64,000 bases of DNA from Myxococcota bacterium. GTDB taxonomy: Bacteria > Myxococcota_A > UBA796 > CAJQPC01. Location: NCBI GenBank assembly GCA_023150775.1, contig JAKLKE010000004.1, forward strand, positions 2,049 to 66,048, written 5' to 3'. The position numbers and the translations under genes are program-made. Positions 1 through 9,595 of this stretch are shown piece by piece; the first letter of the stretch is position 1; every line of letters starts with the position of its first letter. Below the pieces are notes generated by a model, which saw only the letters and a program-made list of their open reading frames with translations, made no database searches and had not been told where the DNA came from.

Positions 1-355
1 CGCCGACGCCTTCGCCGCGCCGGTGGTGATGAAGAAGGGGCGCCTGGGCCAGCTCATCACGGCGATCTGCGCGCCGGAGCGGGCCGGGGCCGTCGGGGAC
101 GCCCTGCTGCGCCACTCCACGAGCTTCGGCCTGCGCCGCCACCGCGCCCAGCGTGAGGTCCTCGACCGCCGCCACGTCACCGTTCAGACCCCCTTCGGGG
201 CGGTGCGGGTGAAGCTCGGCGCTCGGGCTGGGGAGCTCTACCAGGCCAAGCCCGAGCACGAGGACTGCGCCCGGCTCGCCCTGGCCGCCGGGGTGCCTTT
301 GGCCCGCGTCGTCGAGGCCGCCCTGGGCGCCTTGCCCCCGGAGGAGCGCCCATGA
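1..355 (+). CDS. larC: LarC-family nickel insertion protein, C-terminal part (5' end outside window)
   Basis: MKKGRxG...STSFGLR...VQTPFGAVRVK...AKPEHEDC motifs typical of the LarC C-terminus. Confidence 0.85.
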   Translation, partial: ADAFAAPVVMKKGRLGQLITAICAPERAGAVGDALLRHSTSFGLRRHRAQREVLDRRHVTVQTPFGAVRVKLGARAGELYQAKPEHEDCARLALAAGVPLARVVEAALGALPPEERP

Positions 356-1332
356 GCCTCATCGCCTCCCCGCACCACGACCTCTGCGGCATGTTGGAGC
401 AGCTCGGCTTCACCGTGCTGGAGACGAACGACCCCACCGACGCCGCCGCCCGGGCGGATCTGGTCGTCGTGCCTTGGGTGAACCGCCCGCTCTCGGGCCT
501 GGAGTGGTGCCGCCGGGTGCGTGAGCAGCAGGCCGAGCTGCCCCTGCTCGTCGTCACCCGCAGCGACGCCGAGGCCAACGCCGCCTTGGAGGCCGGGGCC
601 ACGGACGTGCTGCGCCTGCCCCTGCACGACGCCGTCACCCGCGCCCGCTGCCGGGCCTTGCTCACGAAGATGAACGAACGCGCCGCGCGCCCCCGCGCCG
701 CCTTCGCCGCCCGGGTGCTCGACGCGTGTCCTGACGCGATCATCACAACTGACGCCTCGGGCCTGATCCTCACCTTCAACCGCGCCGCCGAGCTGCTCAC
801 CGGGCACCTCGCTGAGGAGATCGTCGGCAACTTAGACCTCGGCGTGCTCTTCGACAGCCCGTCTGAGGCCGCCCGCCTCGACCTCAGCCTGCGCGCGGCG
901 ACGGACCACGTCCTGCTCAACCAGCCTGTGCGCCTGCGCACCGCCGAGGGGGAGCGGGTGCCGACGATGGTGAGCTTGGCGGCGCTGTTTGGCGCAGGTG
1001 GCGTCCGGGACGGGCTCGTCGGCGTGTACCGCGACGATCGGGACAACGACGCCTTGGGCGAGCGCCTCGCCACGGCCACCGCCCAGCTCGTGCAGGCCGA
1101 GCGCCGGGGCAGCCGCCTGATGACCGTCGGCGCGGCGGCCTGGGAGCTGAACCAGCCGCTCACTTCAGCGATGGGGCTCTTGGAGCTGCTCATGCTCCGC
1201 CCCGAGCTGAGCGCCGACTCCCACGAGCGCCTGGAGCGGGCGTACAATCAGCTAGAGCGCCTCGCCGAGGGCGTGCGCCGAGTCGCCGCCTTGACCGAGG
1301 CCCCGGCCAGCCCGGACGCGCCCCTGACCTGA
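352..1332 (+). CDS. Pseudo-receiver + PAS + degenerate HisKA protein (no HATPase domain)
   Basis: REC-like N-terminus (ALEAGATDVL), PAS (PDAIITTD..G.ILTFNRAAELLTG), C-terminal AAWELNQPL resembling HELNQPL; ATGA overlap with larC. Confidence 0.75.
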   Translation: MSLIASPHHDLCGMLEQLGFTVLETNDPTDAAARADLVVVPWVNRPLSGLEWCRRVREQQAELPLLVVTRSDAEANAALEAGATDVLRLPLHDAVTRARCRALLTKMNERAARPRAAFAARVLDACPDAIITTDASGLILTFNRAAELLTGHLAEEIVGNLDLGVLFDSPSEAARLDLSLRAATDHVLLNQPVRLRTAEGERVPTMVSLAALFGAGGVRDGLVGVYRDDRDNDALGERLATATAQLVQAERRGSRLMTVGAAAWELNQPLTSAMGLLELLMLRPELSADSHERLERAYNQLERLAEGVRRVAALTEAPASPDAPLT

Positions 1333-1356
1333 ACCCCTGGACTGCAGAGAGGCCCG

Positions 1357-2262
1357 ATGTTCCCAACCCTGCTCATCCCCCTCGCTTTAGACGTCCGTGA
1401 CGCGGAGCTGCTCGCCGCGGCGGTCACCCTCGTGGGCACCGCCGGGGTCAAGAACGTCCACCTCGTCTATGTGCACGCCATGGACGTCGTCGGGAACCCG
1501 CTCCTGGGCGGCATCCCCGTAGAGACCTTCACCCCCGCCGCGCCGGAGGGCCTCGCCGGCCTCGCCGACGACCTGCGGGAGCGCCTCATCGCCGCTGGGC
1601 ACAGCGACGTGTCCGTGCACCGGCACCACATGGCGGGTCGCCCCCACGAGCGCATCACCGCCTTGGCGGGGGAGATCGACGCCGATCTCCTGATCTTCGG
1701 CCGCCTGCGCGCTGGCGACGGCCACGAGGCCTGGGGCGCCCACGCCCAGCTCCTCACCCGCTACGCCCACCGCTCGGTGCTCGTCGTGCCCCACGGCTCG
1801 ACCCTGTCCTTGGGCGACGTGCGCGTCGGCGTAGACTTCTCCCCCCGGTCGCTGGAGGCCTGCAAGACCGCCTGCCTGCTCGGCCAAGAGGTGAAGGCCA
1901 TCTACTCCATGAACCCCGATGAGGGCATGACCCACTCCGGGATCACCGTCGAGGAGTTCATGCTGCGCCTGCGGGCCAACGCCACCCAGCAGTTCCACGA
2001 CGAGGTGCTCACCGAGCTCGCCCCCGGCGCCGTGACGCCGACCTTGGTGTTGGTGGAGACCGACAACATCGTCGACACCCTGCTCGGCGCGCTCCACGGC
2101 GCGGGCCTGGCCGTCGTGGCCTCCCGGGGCATGACGGCGATGGCCTCGATGCTGCTCGGCTCGACCGCGCAAGAGATCGCCGGGCGCGCGGACGCGCCGG
2201 TGCTCATCCTGCGCACCAAAGGCGAAGACATGGGGCTCTTCGCGAGCTTGTTGAGCCGCTGA
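1357..2262 (+). CDS. Universal stress protein, tandem USP domains
   Basis: ADLLIFG...RSVLVVP; GVDFSPRS; VVASRG...LLGSTAQEIA...PVLILR. Confidence 0.85.
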   Translation: MFPTLLIPLALDVRDAELLAAAVTLVGTAGVKNVHLVYVHAMDVVGNPLLGGIPVETFTPAAPEGLAGLADDLRERLIAAGHSDVSVHRHHMAGRPHERITALAGEIDADLLIFGRLRAGDGHEAWGAHAQLLTRYAHRSVLVVPHGSTLSLGDVRVGVDFSPRSLEACKTACLLGQEVKAIYSMNPDEGMTHSGITVEEFMLRLRANATQQFHDEVLTELAPGAVTPTLVLVETDNIVDTLLGALHGAGLAVVASRGMTAMASMLLGSTAQEIAGRADAPVLILRTKGEDMGLFASLLSR

Positions 2263-2271
2263 GGGGCTGAG

Positions 2272-2297
2272 GCGGCGCCTTCTCAGGGGGGCGCCGC
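2272..2297. terminator. GC hairpin between convergent usp and toxin genes
   Basis: gcggcgcc-N10-ggcgccgc inverted repeat. Confidence 0.45.
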
Positions 2298-2300
2298 GGC

Positions 2301-2594
2301 CTAGAGGCGGGGGAGCTTGCCGCGGGAGGTGTGCCAGATGGCGACGATCTCGACCTGGTCGGCGGCGGAGTCCACGCGGTAGTAGACGTGGTAGCGGCTC
2401 CGCTGGAGCACGAGGCGACGGAGGCTGCGTGAACGAACGCGCAGTTTGGCGCCGATCCAGGGTGCCGATGCCAATCGCTCAAGCGCCGCGCCGAGCTCAT
2501 CGTCAAACAGCGTCGGCGCCTTCTGTCGGTTCTCTGCCCACCAGACAGAGATCTCCTCAATCTGCGCCCTTGCGGCGCCCGAGACGACGAGCAT
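2301..2594 (-). CDS. RelE/ParE-family type II toxin
   Basis: 97 aa; ARAQIEEI..WW...LERLASAPWIG...RYHVYYRV...VEIVAIWHTSR. Confidence 0.85.
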   Translation of the reverse strand: MLVVSGAARAQIEEISVWWAENRQKAPTLFDDELGAALERLASAPWIGAKLRVRSRSLRRLVLQRSRYHVYYRVDSAADQVEIVAIWHTSRGKLPRL

Positions 2595-2599
2595 CGAGG

Positions 2600-2860
2600 T
2601 CAGCGCCCGTGAATCGCACGAAGCCGACTCATCACCTCGTCTGCCGTATAGACCTCGCCGCGGGCGATCTGCTGAATCGACTCTTCAATCACGGCCTCAA
2701 GTCGATCCAACTCCTCTTCATCGAGATCAATCTCCTCCACATCCAGATCATCCCCCTCATCATCAATGACGAGGTGCAGCGGCGGGCGATCGGACGGGGG
2801 CGCGGGATCCTCATCCAAGACGAGGCGGCCGTTCTGGAGATGCGCGGAGAGTTTGGTCAT
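2600..2860 (-). CDS. Putative cognate antitoxin (acidic)
   Basis: Immediately upstream of the toxin; acidic; ends IEESIQQIARGEVYTADEVMSRL; ATG at 2860 chosen. Confidence 0.7.
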   Translation of the reverse strand: MTKLSAHLQNGRLVLDEDPAPPSDRPPLHLVIDDEGDDLDVEEIDLDEEELDRLEAVIEESIQQIARGEVYTADEVMSRLRAIHGR

Positions 2861-2915
2861 ACACACAGCATAGCGCAAACCCGATCCACACGTCAACGAC
2901 CGGCCGCCCCGCCCC

Positions 2916-3137
2916 TCACATCCCCCGCTCCTTGACCTCGCCGTCTTTGCCCTCGGTGAGCTCGACGATGCGGCGCTCGGCCGCGTCGAGGCGCTCGTGG
3001 CAGGCCCGGGTCAGCTCGATGCCCTCCTCGAAGAGGCGCAGGGCGTCCTCTAGGGGCTGGTCACCGGACTCGAGCTTACGGACGCGGTCCTCCAGCTCGG
3101 TGAGGATCTGCTCAAAGGTGCGCTCGGTCTCAGGCAT
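2916..3137 (-). CDS. xseB: Exodeoxyribonuclease VII small subunit
   Basis: TFEQILTELE..V.KLESGD.PLEDAL.LFEEG..L...C...LD.AE. Confidence 0.95.
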   Translation of the reverse strand: MPETERTFEQILTELEDRVRKLESGDQPLEDALRLFEEGIELTRACHERLDAAERRIVELTEGKDGEVKERGM

Positions 3138-3140
3138 GGC

Positions 3141-5489
3141 TCAGCTCAGGGGGCGAATGCGCTCCACCTGGAGGAGCTTCCAGGTGAGGCGCTGTTGGTT
3201 GGCGACGTTGATCGCCACGAACACCTGCTCGCCTTGGGCGTTCAGGGCGAGGCGCTCGGGGGCGACGGTGAAGTTGTTGCGGGCGCCGTCTTTGCCGACG
3301 TAGAGGATCTCCAGCTTCTGCCGGAGCGCCACGGCGCGCTCCAGGATGGCCTTCGCCTCGCGGGGGGTGACCCGCGGGGGCGGCGGCGGCTCCTTGGCCT
3401 TCTTCTTGGTGGACTTGCTCGCGCCGCTGCCGGGGACGGGGTGAAGGTCCTCGGGCTGGGTGTCCGCGGTCTGCGCACGCGCCAAGGGGTCGTCTGCGCC
3501 CTCGCGGGCCTCGGCGAGCAGGCCCAGCAGGCGGTCGCGGGCGCCGCTCTGCTCGGTGTCGCCGGGGTAACGGGTGATGTCTTTCGACGCCGAGAAGCCC
3601 GCCTCACCCAAGATCGCCATCAGCTCAGGCAGCCGCGTGCGGTCGACGGCGTAGAGCCCCGGCGCGAAGCGGTGCAGGAGCCAAGGCTTGAGCTCGCGGC
3701 TCGTCTCGACCCGCTTGATCCAGCCTTTGTGTACGGTGAGCAGCATACAGTCGTGCAGCTCGACGTCGCCGTGGCCGCCCATCCAGCCGCGCAGCGTCTG
3801 CTCGACGTTCTCCGGCAGGCCGATCTGGCTGTTCTCGCGCAAGAAGTCGAGCACGTCCTCCCGCCGCCAGCCGCGCTCTAAGCCCTGCTCGACGGTGACT
3901 TCAGTGATCTTGTAGGTGTTGGCGCGGTCGCAGCCGGTCAGCTCGGCGATGGAGCCGATGTTGAACAGGATCTGCGGGCTCAGACCCGCGGGCGCCATCA
4001 CCTCAAAGGAGGGCGTGAGGTAGAAGCGCGAGAAGCCGTCTTGTTCGGGCGGGTCGAGGAGCGCCGTCGCCCGGGGGGTGAGGCGGTAGAACTTCTCTTG
4101 GCCCCACTCGCCGAGCTCCAGCATCCCGCAGTGGACGAGCGGCGCGAAGGACCAGCTCTCACGCTCGTTCGTGCGGGTCGCGGCCAGCTCACCGCGCTGG
4201 AAACGACGGCGCCAGTCTTCGCCCCGGGTCCAGCGGCGGTAGAGCGCCTGGAGGTGCTGCTCGGCGATCCAGGCCCCACGGCCTGAGCGAACGGCCCAGA
4301 GGACCCACTCGGCGTAAGGGAAACGTTTCTCTAAGGAGCGCAGCACCAGATCGCGCTGGTCTTGGTCGTCGAGGTTTAAGAACTCCTCGACGACGTCTTG
4401 GTTCACCGAGAGGCGGTCTCCGCGCAGCTCGACGAGGCCATGGGCCATCAAGAAGTCGATGTGGAAGTGGAACAGCTCGCTCCCCGGCTCCCAGAGCTGG
4501 GCGAAGAAGCGGTCCATCTCCTCTTGGTGGACCTTAAAGATCTCCTGCTGCTGGGTGAGCCGGGGCGGACGCTGGGCGATGTAGGTGGCCAAGGTCGTGA
4601 TCGAGAAGTCCAGCGGCGGGCAGAAGGGGCGGGCGTCGCGCACCTTCACGTCGTCGTGCTGGAAGGTCGAGAGCATCAGCTCGGCCTCGATGTGTTCGAC
4701 GAGGTGCTCGATGAGCGGATCGGGGACGAGGTAGAAGAACTGCTCGTCGTCGGCCTCCGACGCGCAGACGAGGCCGCGCTCGGCTAGGCCGACGAGCAGC
4801 CGCGCCCAGTCGCGCTCATGGCCGCCGAGGGTGTTCATCAGCTCGCGGTGGAACTCGTCGCTGTGGGCCACGCCGCCGCACTGGATGAGCAGGGCCAGGG
4901 CGTTGCGCTCACGCTCGTGCATCGCCTTGACGATGCCGCCGAGGCGTTTTCCTTGGCTGATCGCCCGAACGGCGAGCTGCACCATCCGCGCCTGGTCGGC
5001 CACGCGGCCGGGCTGACCGCCGATGGCCTTGTACAGGTTGGCGAGGAGCGCCTTGGGCATCCGGTTGAAGTAGTCTTCGAGCTCCTCAAGCTCGGTGTGT
5101 GTCATCCGGCGCCGACGGCTGAGGCCCGAGACCGGCGCGGCGCGACGCTTCCGCTTGCGGCGCTTCCGGAGGTTGCGGGTGCTGTTCAGCGTCGAGACGC
5201 CCGGCGCACCGGCGTCGTCGCCGGGCTCTCCGCGCTCGCGGCGCTCGCCGCGCTCTCCCCGCTCGCCACGATCCCCACCACGACGGCGACCGCCGCGGCC
5301 GCCGCGCTCCGAGCGCTCTCCACCGCCGCCACCTTCAGGGCTCGCCGCCGCCGCCGCCGGGCCACCGCCGCCGCCCTCGCGGGCGCCACGACGCGGCTCT
5401 TCAGCGCCGCCTTCGGCCTTGCTGCGACGCCGACGCCGACGGCGCCGCTTGCTCTTGCTGGTGTCATTTCCGGCGGTGTCGCTGGACAT
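3141..5489 (-). CDS. XPB-associated protein with helicase-associated (Helicase_C_3-like) domain and C-terminal WYL-like domain
   Basis: YKITEVTVEQGLERGW..EDVLDFL...S...LPENVEQTLRGW; C-terminal LEILY...VAPERL...RLTWKLLQVERI; follows XPB. Confidence 0.75.
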   Translation of the reverse strand: MSSDTAGNDTSKSKRRRRRRRRSKAEGGAEEPRRGAREGGGGGPAAAAASPEGGGGGERSERGGRGGRRRGGDRGERGERGERRERGEPGDDAGAPGVSTLNSTRNLRKRRKRKRRAAPVSGLSRRRRMTHTELEELEDYFNRMPKALLANLYKAIGGQPGRVADQARMVQLAVRAISQGKRLGGIVKAMHERERNALALLIQCGGVAHSDEFHRELMNTLGGHERDWARLLVGLAERGLVCASEADDEQFFYLVPDPLIEHLVEHIEAELMLSTFQHDDVKVRDARPFCPPLDFSITTLATYIAQRPPRLTQQQEIFKVHQEEMDRFFAQLWEPGSELFHFHIDFLMAHGLVELRGDRLSVNQDVVEEFLNLDDQDQRDLVLRSLEKRFPYAEWVLWAVRSGRGAWIAEQHLQALYRRWTRGEDWRRRFQRGELAATRTNERESWSFAPLVHCGMLELGEWGQEKFYRLTPRATALLDPPEQDGFSRFYLTPSFEVMAPAGLSPQILFNIGSIAELTGCDRANTYKITEVTVEQGLERGWRREDVLDFLRENSQIGLPENVEQTLRGWMGGHGDVELHDCMLLTVHKGWIKRVETSRELKPWLLHRFAPGLYAVDRTRLPELMAILGEAGFSASKDITRYPGDTEQSGARDRLLGLLAEAREGADDPLARAQTADTQPEDLHPVPGSGASKSTKKKAKEPPPPPRVTPREAKAILERAVALRQKLEILYVGKDGARNNFTVAPERLALNAQGEQVFVAINVANQQRLTWKLLQVERIRPLS

Positions 5490-5565
5490 GCTGCCTACCT
5501 CGGGGAGAGTGGGACCGCGCGGCGCGGCCCGGAGACGAAGGGGGGTGCGGCAGAGCCGACGACGA

Positions 5566-7251
5566 TCACGTCGCGGCCTGCTCTTGAATGAAGTAGCGGT
5601 AGCCCTGCTCGGTCAAGAAGAGCTGGCGTTTCATGGCGAACTCCTGCTCCTTCGTGTCCCGGGTGACCACGGTGTAGAAGAAGGCGCCGTCGCTCTTGGC
5701 GCTGGGCCGCAGGATACGCCCGAGGCGCTGGGCCTCCTCTTGGCGTGAGCCGAAGGTGCCCGAGACCTGAATCGCGACGTTGGCGTCGGGGAGGTCGATG
5801 GAGAAGTTCGCGACCTTACTCACGATCAGGAGCTTGATCTGGCCCTTGCGGAACTTGTCGAACAGCTCCTCCCGGCGGGCGTGGGGGGTCTTGCCGGTGA
5901 TGAGCGGGGCGCGGAACGTCGCCGCGATGTCCTCAAGCTGGTCGATGTAGGTGCCGATCACCAAGACGTTGTCGTCTTTGTGTTTGTCGATGAGCCGCCG
6001 CATCACCGTCATCTTCGCGGGGTTCACCGAGGCGATCTTAAACTTCCCGGCCTCGTCGCTGCGCTCGTAGCGGTCGAGGAGCCCATGCGCGAAGGGCACC
6101 CGGACCTCGTAACATTTGGCTTCAGCGATGAAGCCTTGCTTCTCCAAGAGCTGCCACGGCAGGTCGTACCGTTTGGGGCCCACCAAGGAGAACACGTCGC
6201 CTTCGCGGCCGTCCTCACGCACGAGAGTGGCGGTGAGGCCCATGCGGCGGCGGCCCTGCAGATCGGCCGTGGCGCCGAAGACCGGCGCGGGCAGCAGGTG
6301 GACCTCGTCGTAGATGATGAGACCCCAGTCGCGGTCGGAGAACAGGTGCAGGTGCTCAAACTCGTCGCCCTTGTTCCGCCGCCAGGTGAGGATCTGGTAG
6401 GTGGCGACGGTGACGGGGCGGATCTCTTTACGCTCGCCCATGTACGCGCCGACCTGGTCGGGCGTGAGGTGGGTCTTGTCGAGGATCTCCCGCACCCATT
6501 GGTCTACCGCCGCGGCGTTCGTGGCGAGGATGAGGGTGTGGGTGTTCACGAGGCTCATCGTCTTGAGCGCGACGATGGTCTTGCCCGCGCCGCAGGGCAG
6601 CACGACGACGCCGTGGCCGCCCGCGGGTTTGCCGTCCATGAACCAGCGCTTCGCGGCCTCGGTCTGGTAGTCGCGCACCACGAAGGGCTTCTGGGCGAGC
6701 TTGGTCGTCTGCCGGAGCTTGATCTCGAGGTGCGCGCCCGGCGAGAAGCCCGCCAGGTCCTCAATGGGCCAGCCCGAGGTCAACATCCGCTGCTTAAACA
6801 GCCCACGATGCCCCGCCTGGATGCCCCACCAGCGCCGACCGTCGGCGACCATCATCTCTTTGGCCGCGGGCAGGGCCGAGACCACCTTGGCGATGTAGGC
6901 CGTGGCGAACTCTAAGCGCAGCAGGTCTTTGCGGTCGGGGTGCGGGATGAGCTTGACGAGGCCATAACGCTCCATCGTCTCGTGGATGGAGTCCAGCACG
7001 TTCTTGGGGATGTCGAACTTGGAGAGATCCTTGAGGCCCTTCACCAGCTCGGTCTGGGAGACCCCGGCCGCCGCCGCGTTCCACAGCGACAGCGGCGAGA
7101 TGCGGTAGGTGTGCAGATGCTCCGGGCTCTGCTCCAGCTCCGCGAAACGCGACAAAAAATCACGCGCTTCAGCGTGTCGTCGGTGGGAGGTCTCGACGAG
7201 GACTTTTCCGTCGCCCTGCACAATGACAGGGTTCTCGGGCCTCACGTTCAT
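5566..7251 (-). CDS. XPB/Rad25-like SF2 DNA repair helicase
   Basis: GVVVLPCGAGKT (motif I), DEVH, GLTATLVREDG, SKVANFSIDLP, QRLGRILR; start moved to MNVRPENP. Confidence 0.95.
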   Translation of the reverse strand: MNVRPENPVIVQGDGKVLVETSHRRHAEARDFLSRFAELEQSPEHLHTYRISPLSLWNAAAAGVSQTELVKGLKDLSKFDIPKNVLDSIHETMERYGLVKLIPHPDRKDLLRLEFATAYIAKVVSALPAAKEMMVADGRRWWGIQAGHRGLFKQRMLTSGWPIEDLAGFSPGAHLEIKLRQTTKLAQKPFVVRDYQTEAAKRWFMDGKPAGGHGVVVLPCGAGKTIVALKTMSLVNTHTLILATNAAAVDQWVREILDKTHLTPDQVGAYMGERKEIRPVTVATYQILTWRRNKGDEFEHLHLFSDRDWGLIIYDEVHLLPAPVFGATADLQGRRRMGLTATLVREDGREGDVFSLVGPKRYDLPWQLLEKQGFIAEAKCYEVRVPFAHGLLDRYERSDEAGKFKIASVNPAKMTVMRRLIDKHKDDNVLVIGTYIDQLEDIAATFRAPLITGKTPHARREELFDKFRKGQIKLLIVSKVANFSIDLPDANVAIQVSGTFGSRQEEAQRLGRILRPSAKSDGAFFYTVVTRDTKEQEFAMKRQLFLTEQGYRYFIQEQAAT

Positions 7252-7554
7252 CTTGGGACGCCCATCCTCCGACGGGGGGCAAGCCTCGACGGCGAGCCGC
7301 CCCACGCCGAGCGCAGGGAGGTTGCAGCAGAATTAGCGCCAAGGGCGGAAAACATCCGCGCGGCACATCCAGCGTGAAGGGACAGACCTCCCACGCCGGG
7401 GACCGTCAACACGACGGGCCGTGACGTCTTGGGAGGGGCCGTGAAGAGGGGCCACGAAGGCGGCCTTGGGACAAAGTCCTCGGACAAGCCGAGCGCCGCC
7501 GCGACCCTTCTCTGCCGCTACTTTAGGGCTGACAAGATCCGCTGTCAAGGAAGA

Positions 7555-7590
7555 CCGCGTGGAAAGTGCATGTCCACGCGGATCTGTCTC
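7555..7590 (-). terminator. Probable terminator hairpin downstream of pruA
   Basis: ccgcgtgga-N9-tccacgcgg perfect 9-bp stem (7555-7581) with pyrimidine-rich tail on minus strand. Confidence 0.45.
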
Positions 7591-7618
7591 CCGATTGACA
7601 CGTCCAGGGCGCCGTCGC

Positions 7619-9238
7619 TCAGCCCTCTAAGAAGGGATAACGCCAGCTCCGGGGAGGCGCGAAGGTCTCCTTGATGGCCCGGGGGCTCACCCAACGCTGC
7701 AGGTTGAGCACCGAGCCGGCCTTGTCGTTCGTGCCCGAGGCCCGAGCCCCGCCGAAGGGCTGCTGGCCGACGACGGCGCCCGTGGGCTTGTCGTTGATGT
7801 AGAAGTTGCCCGCGGCGTTGCGCAGGCGGCCAAGCGCGAGGTTCACCGCGCCCCGGTCTTGGGAGAAGACCGCGCCGGTCAAGGCGTAGGGGCCCGTCGA
7901 GTCCACCAGGGTGAGGGTGTCCTCAAAACGGCGCTCGTCGTAGACATAGGCCGTGAGCACGGGCCCAAAGATCTCTTCAGTCATCAGGCGGTGGCCCGGG
8001 TCGTCCACCTGGACGAGGGTAGGCTCGATGAACCAGCCCTTCGTGCCGTCGTTGCCGCCGCCGCCGATCACCTGGCCCGTGGTCTTGCCCAGCGCCTGGT
8101 ACTCGCTGATCTTGGCGAAGGAGCGGCGGTCGATGACGGCGCCGAAGAAGTTGCCGAAGTCGCGCACGTCGCCCATCTTCGCCTCGGCCATCATGCCGAC
8201 GACCCGCTCGGAGACGGCGGGCCAGAGGTTCGACGGGATGTAGGCCCGAGAGGCGGCGCTGCACTTCTGGCCCTGGTACTCAAAGGCGCCGCGGAACATC
8301 GCCACGGCGAGGGCCTGCACATCCGCGCTGGGGTGGGCGAGGATGAAGTCTTTGCCGCCCGTCTCGCCGACGATGCGGGGGTAGGTGCGGTAGCGGGCGA
8401 TGTTCTCGCCGATGCTCCGCCACATGGACTGGAACACCCCCGTCGAGCCGGTGAAATGCACCCCCGCCAAGGCGGGGTGACCGATGGCGATGTCGCCAAC
8501 GTCCGAGCCCGCGCCGTGAACGAGGTTGATGACCCCCGGCGGCAGCCCGGCCTCTTGCATGAGCTTCATGAACAAGAAGGCCGAGAGCGCCTGGGTGCGG
8601 GCGGGCTTCCACAGGACGACGTTGCCCATCAAGGCCGGGGCCGTGGGCAGGTTCCCGGCGATGGACGTGAAGTTGAACGGGGTCACCGCGAAGACGAAGC
8701 CCTCCAGGGGGCGGTAGTCCATGCGGTTCCAGGTGCCAGGGCCCGAGAGCGGCTGGTCTTCTTGGAGCTTGCGGCCCCAGGCGACGTTGAAGCGTAAGAA
8801 GTCGATGAGCTCACAGGCGGCGTCGATCTCCGCCTGATGGCAGGTCTTGGCCTGGCCGAGCATCGTCGAGGCGTTGATGACGTCACGCCAGGGCCCAGCG
8901 AGCAGGTCCGCGGCCTTGAGGAAGATCGCCGCGCGCTCGGCGAAGGGCATCGCCGCCCAGGCCGGCTGGGCGTCCAAGGCCGAGGTGATGGCGCGCTCGA
9001 CCTCGTGGGCCGGCGTGTAGTGGCAGTAGCCGAGGACGTGCTGGTGGTCACAGGGCATGGTGACCGGGTGGCGATGGCCCGAGAGCACGAGCTCCCCGTC
9101 GATGACCGCGCCCAGCTCTTGCTCTTCGCCCGCCATGGCGGTGAGCACCTGCTCCAGGCTCTTACGCTCGGGGCTGCCCGGGGCGTAGCCCTTCACGGGC
9201 TCGTTCTGCGGCGGCGGGGGGGTGAAGAGTCCGTCCAT
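7619..9238 (-). CDS. pruA: 1-pyrroline-5-carboxylate (glutamate semialdehyde) dehydrogenase
   Basis: NEPV..YAPGSPER, PFNFTSIAGNL, GETGGKDF, FEYQGQKCSA, NDKPTGAVVGQQPFGG. Confidence 0.95.
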   Translation of the reverse strand: MDGLFTPPPPQNEPVKGYAPGSPERKSLEQVLTAMAGEEQELGAVIDGELVLSGHRHPVTMPCDHQHVLGYCHYTPAHEVERAITSALDAQPAWAAMPFAERAAIFLKAADLLAGPWRDVINASTMLGQAKTCHQAEIDAACELIDFLRFNVAWGRKLQEDQPLSGPGTWNRMDYRPLEGFVFAVTPFNFTSIAGNLPTAPALMGNVVLWKPARTQALSAFLFMKLMQEAGLPPGVINLVHGAGSDVGDIAIGHPALAGVHFTGSTGVFQSMWRSIGENIARYRTYPRIVGETGGKDFILAHPSADVQALAVAMFRGAFEYQGQKCSAASRAYIPSNLWPAVSERVVGMMAEAKMGDVRDFGNFFGAVIDRRSFAKISEYQALGKTTGQVIGGGGNDGTKGWFIEPTLVQVDDPGHRLMTEEIFGPVLTAYVYDERRFEDTLTLVDSTGPYALTGAVFSQDRGAVNLALGRLRNAAGNFYINDKPTGAVVGQQPFGGARASGTNDKAGSVLNLQRWVSPRAIKETFAPPRSWRYPFLEG

Positions 9239-9297
9239 CGGTCGCTCCTGTCATGCGGTTGGAGAGCCAGGAGCTTAACCCGCGGACGCCAGGGCGG

Positions 9298-9588
9298 TCA
9301 GGACGCGAGCTTGAAGTCCTCCAGGGCGTGACGCGCCTCGGGCTCACGCGGGGAGAAGGCGAGGGTGAGGGCGACCTTCACGAGCTCTGCGTCCTCTAGG
9401 TGCTTTCGCATCGCCCCCCAGATCTTCTCCTGGCGTTGATACTCCCGCAGCTCCTCAAAGCTGCTGTCGAGGATGAGCATGTAGATGTAGTCGCGAATGC
9501 CGTCAGCGAAGTATAAATCCACGTTGGGACCAAACTCTTCGTGCATCGCTTCGGTCAGCTTTTCGACGATGCGTGGATCGCTTGCCAT
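9298..9588 (-). CDS. Small hypothetical protein, BolA-like signature
   Basis: ILDSSFEELREYQRQEKIWGAM...LAFSPRE resembles BolA VVS..FEG.....RHR.VY..L...TP.E; GAGG RBS. Confidence 0.55.
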   Translation of the reverse strand: MASDPRIVEKLTEAMHEEFGPNVDLYFADGIRDYIYMLILDSSFEELREYQRQEKIWGAMRKHLEDAELVKVALTLAFSPREPEARHALEDFKLAS

Positions 9589-9595
9589 GTTTACC

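Noticed and set aside
7252-7618. Possible ncRNA in the 370-bp XPB-pruA gap
   Set aside because: Hairpins are present but no recognisable RNA family motif; explained by a terminator plus promoter region.
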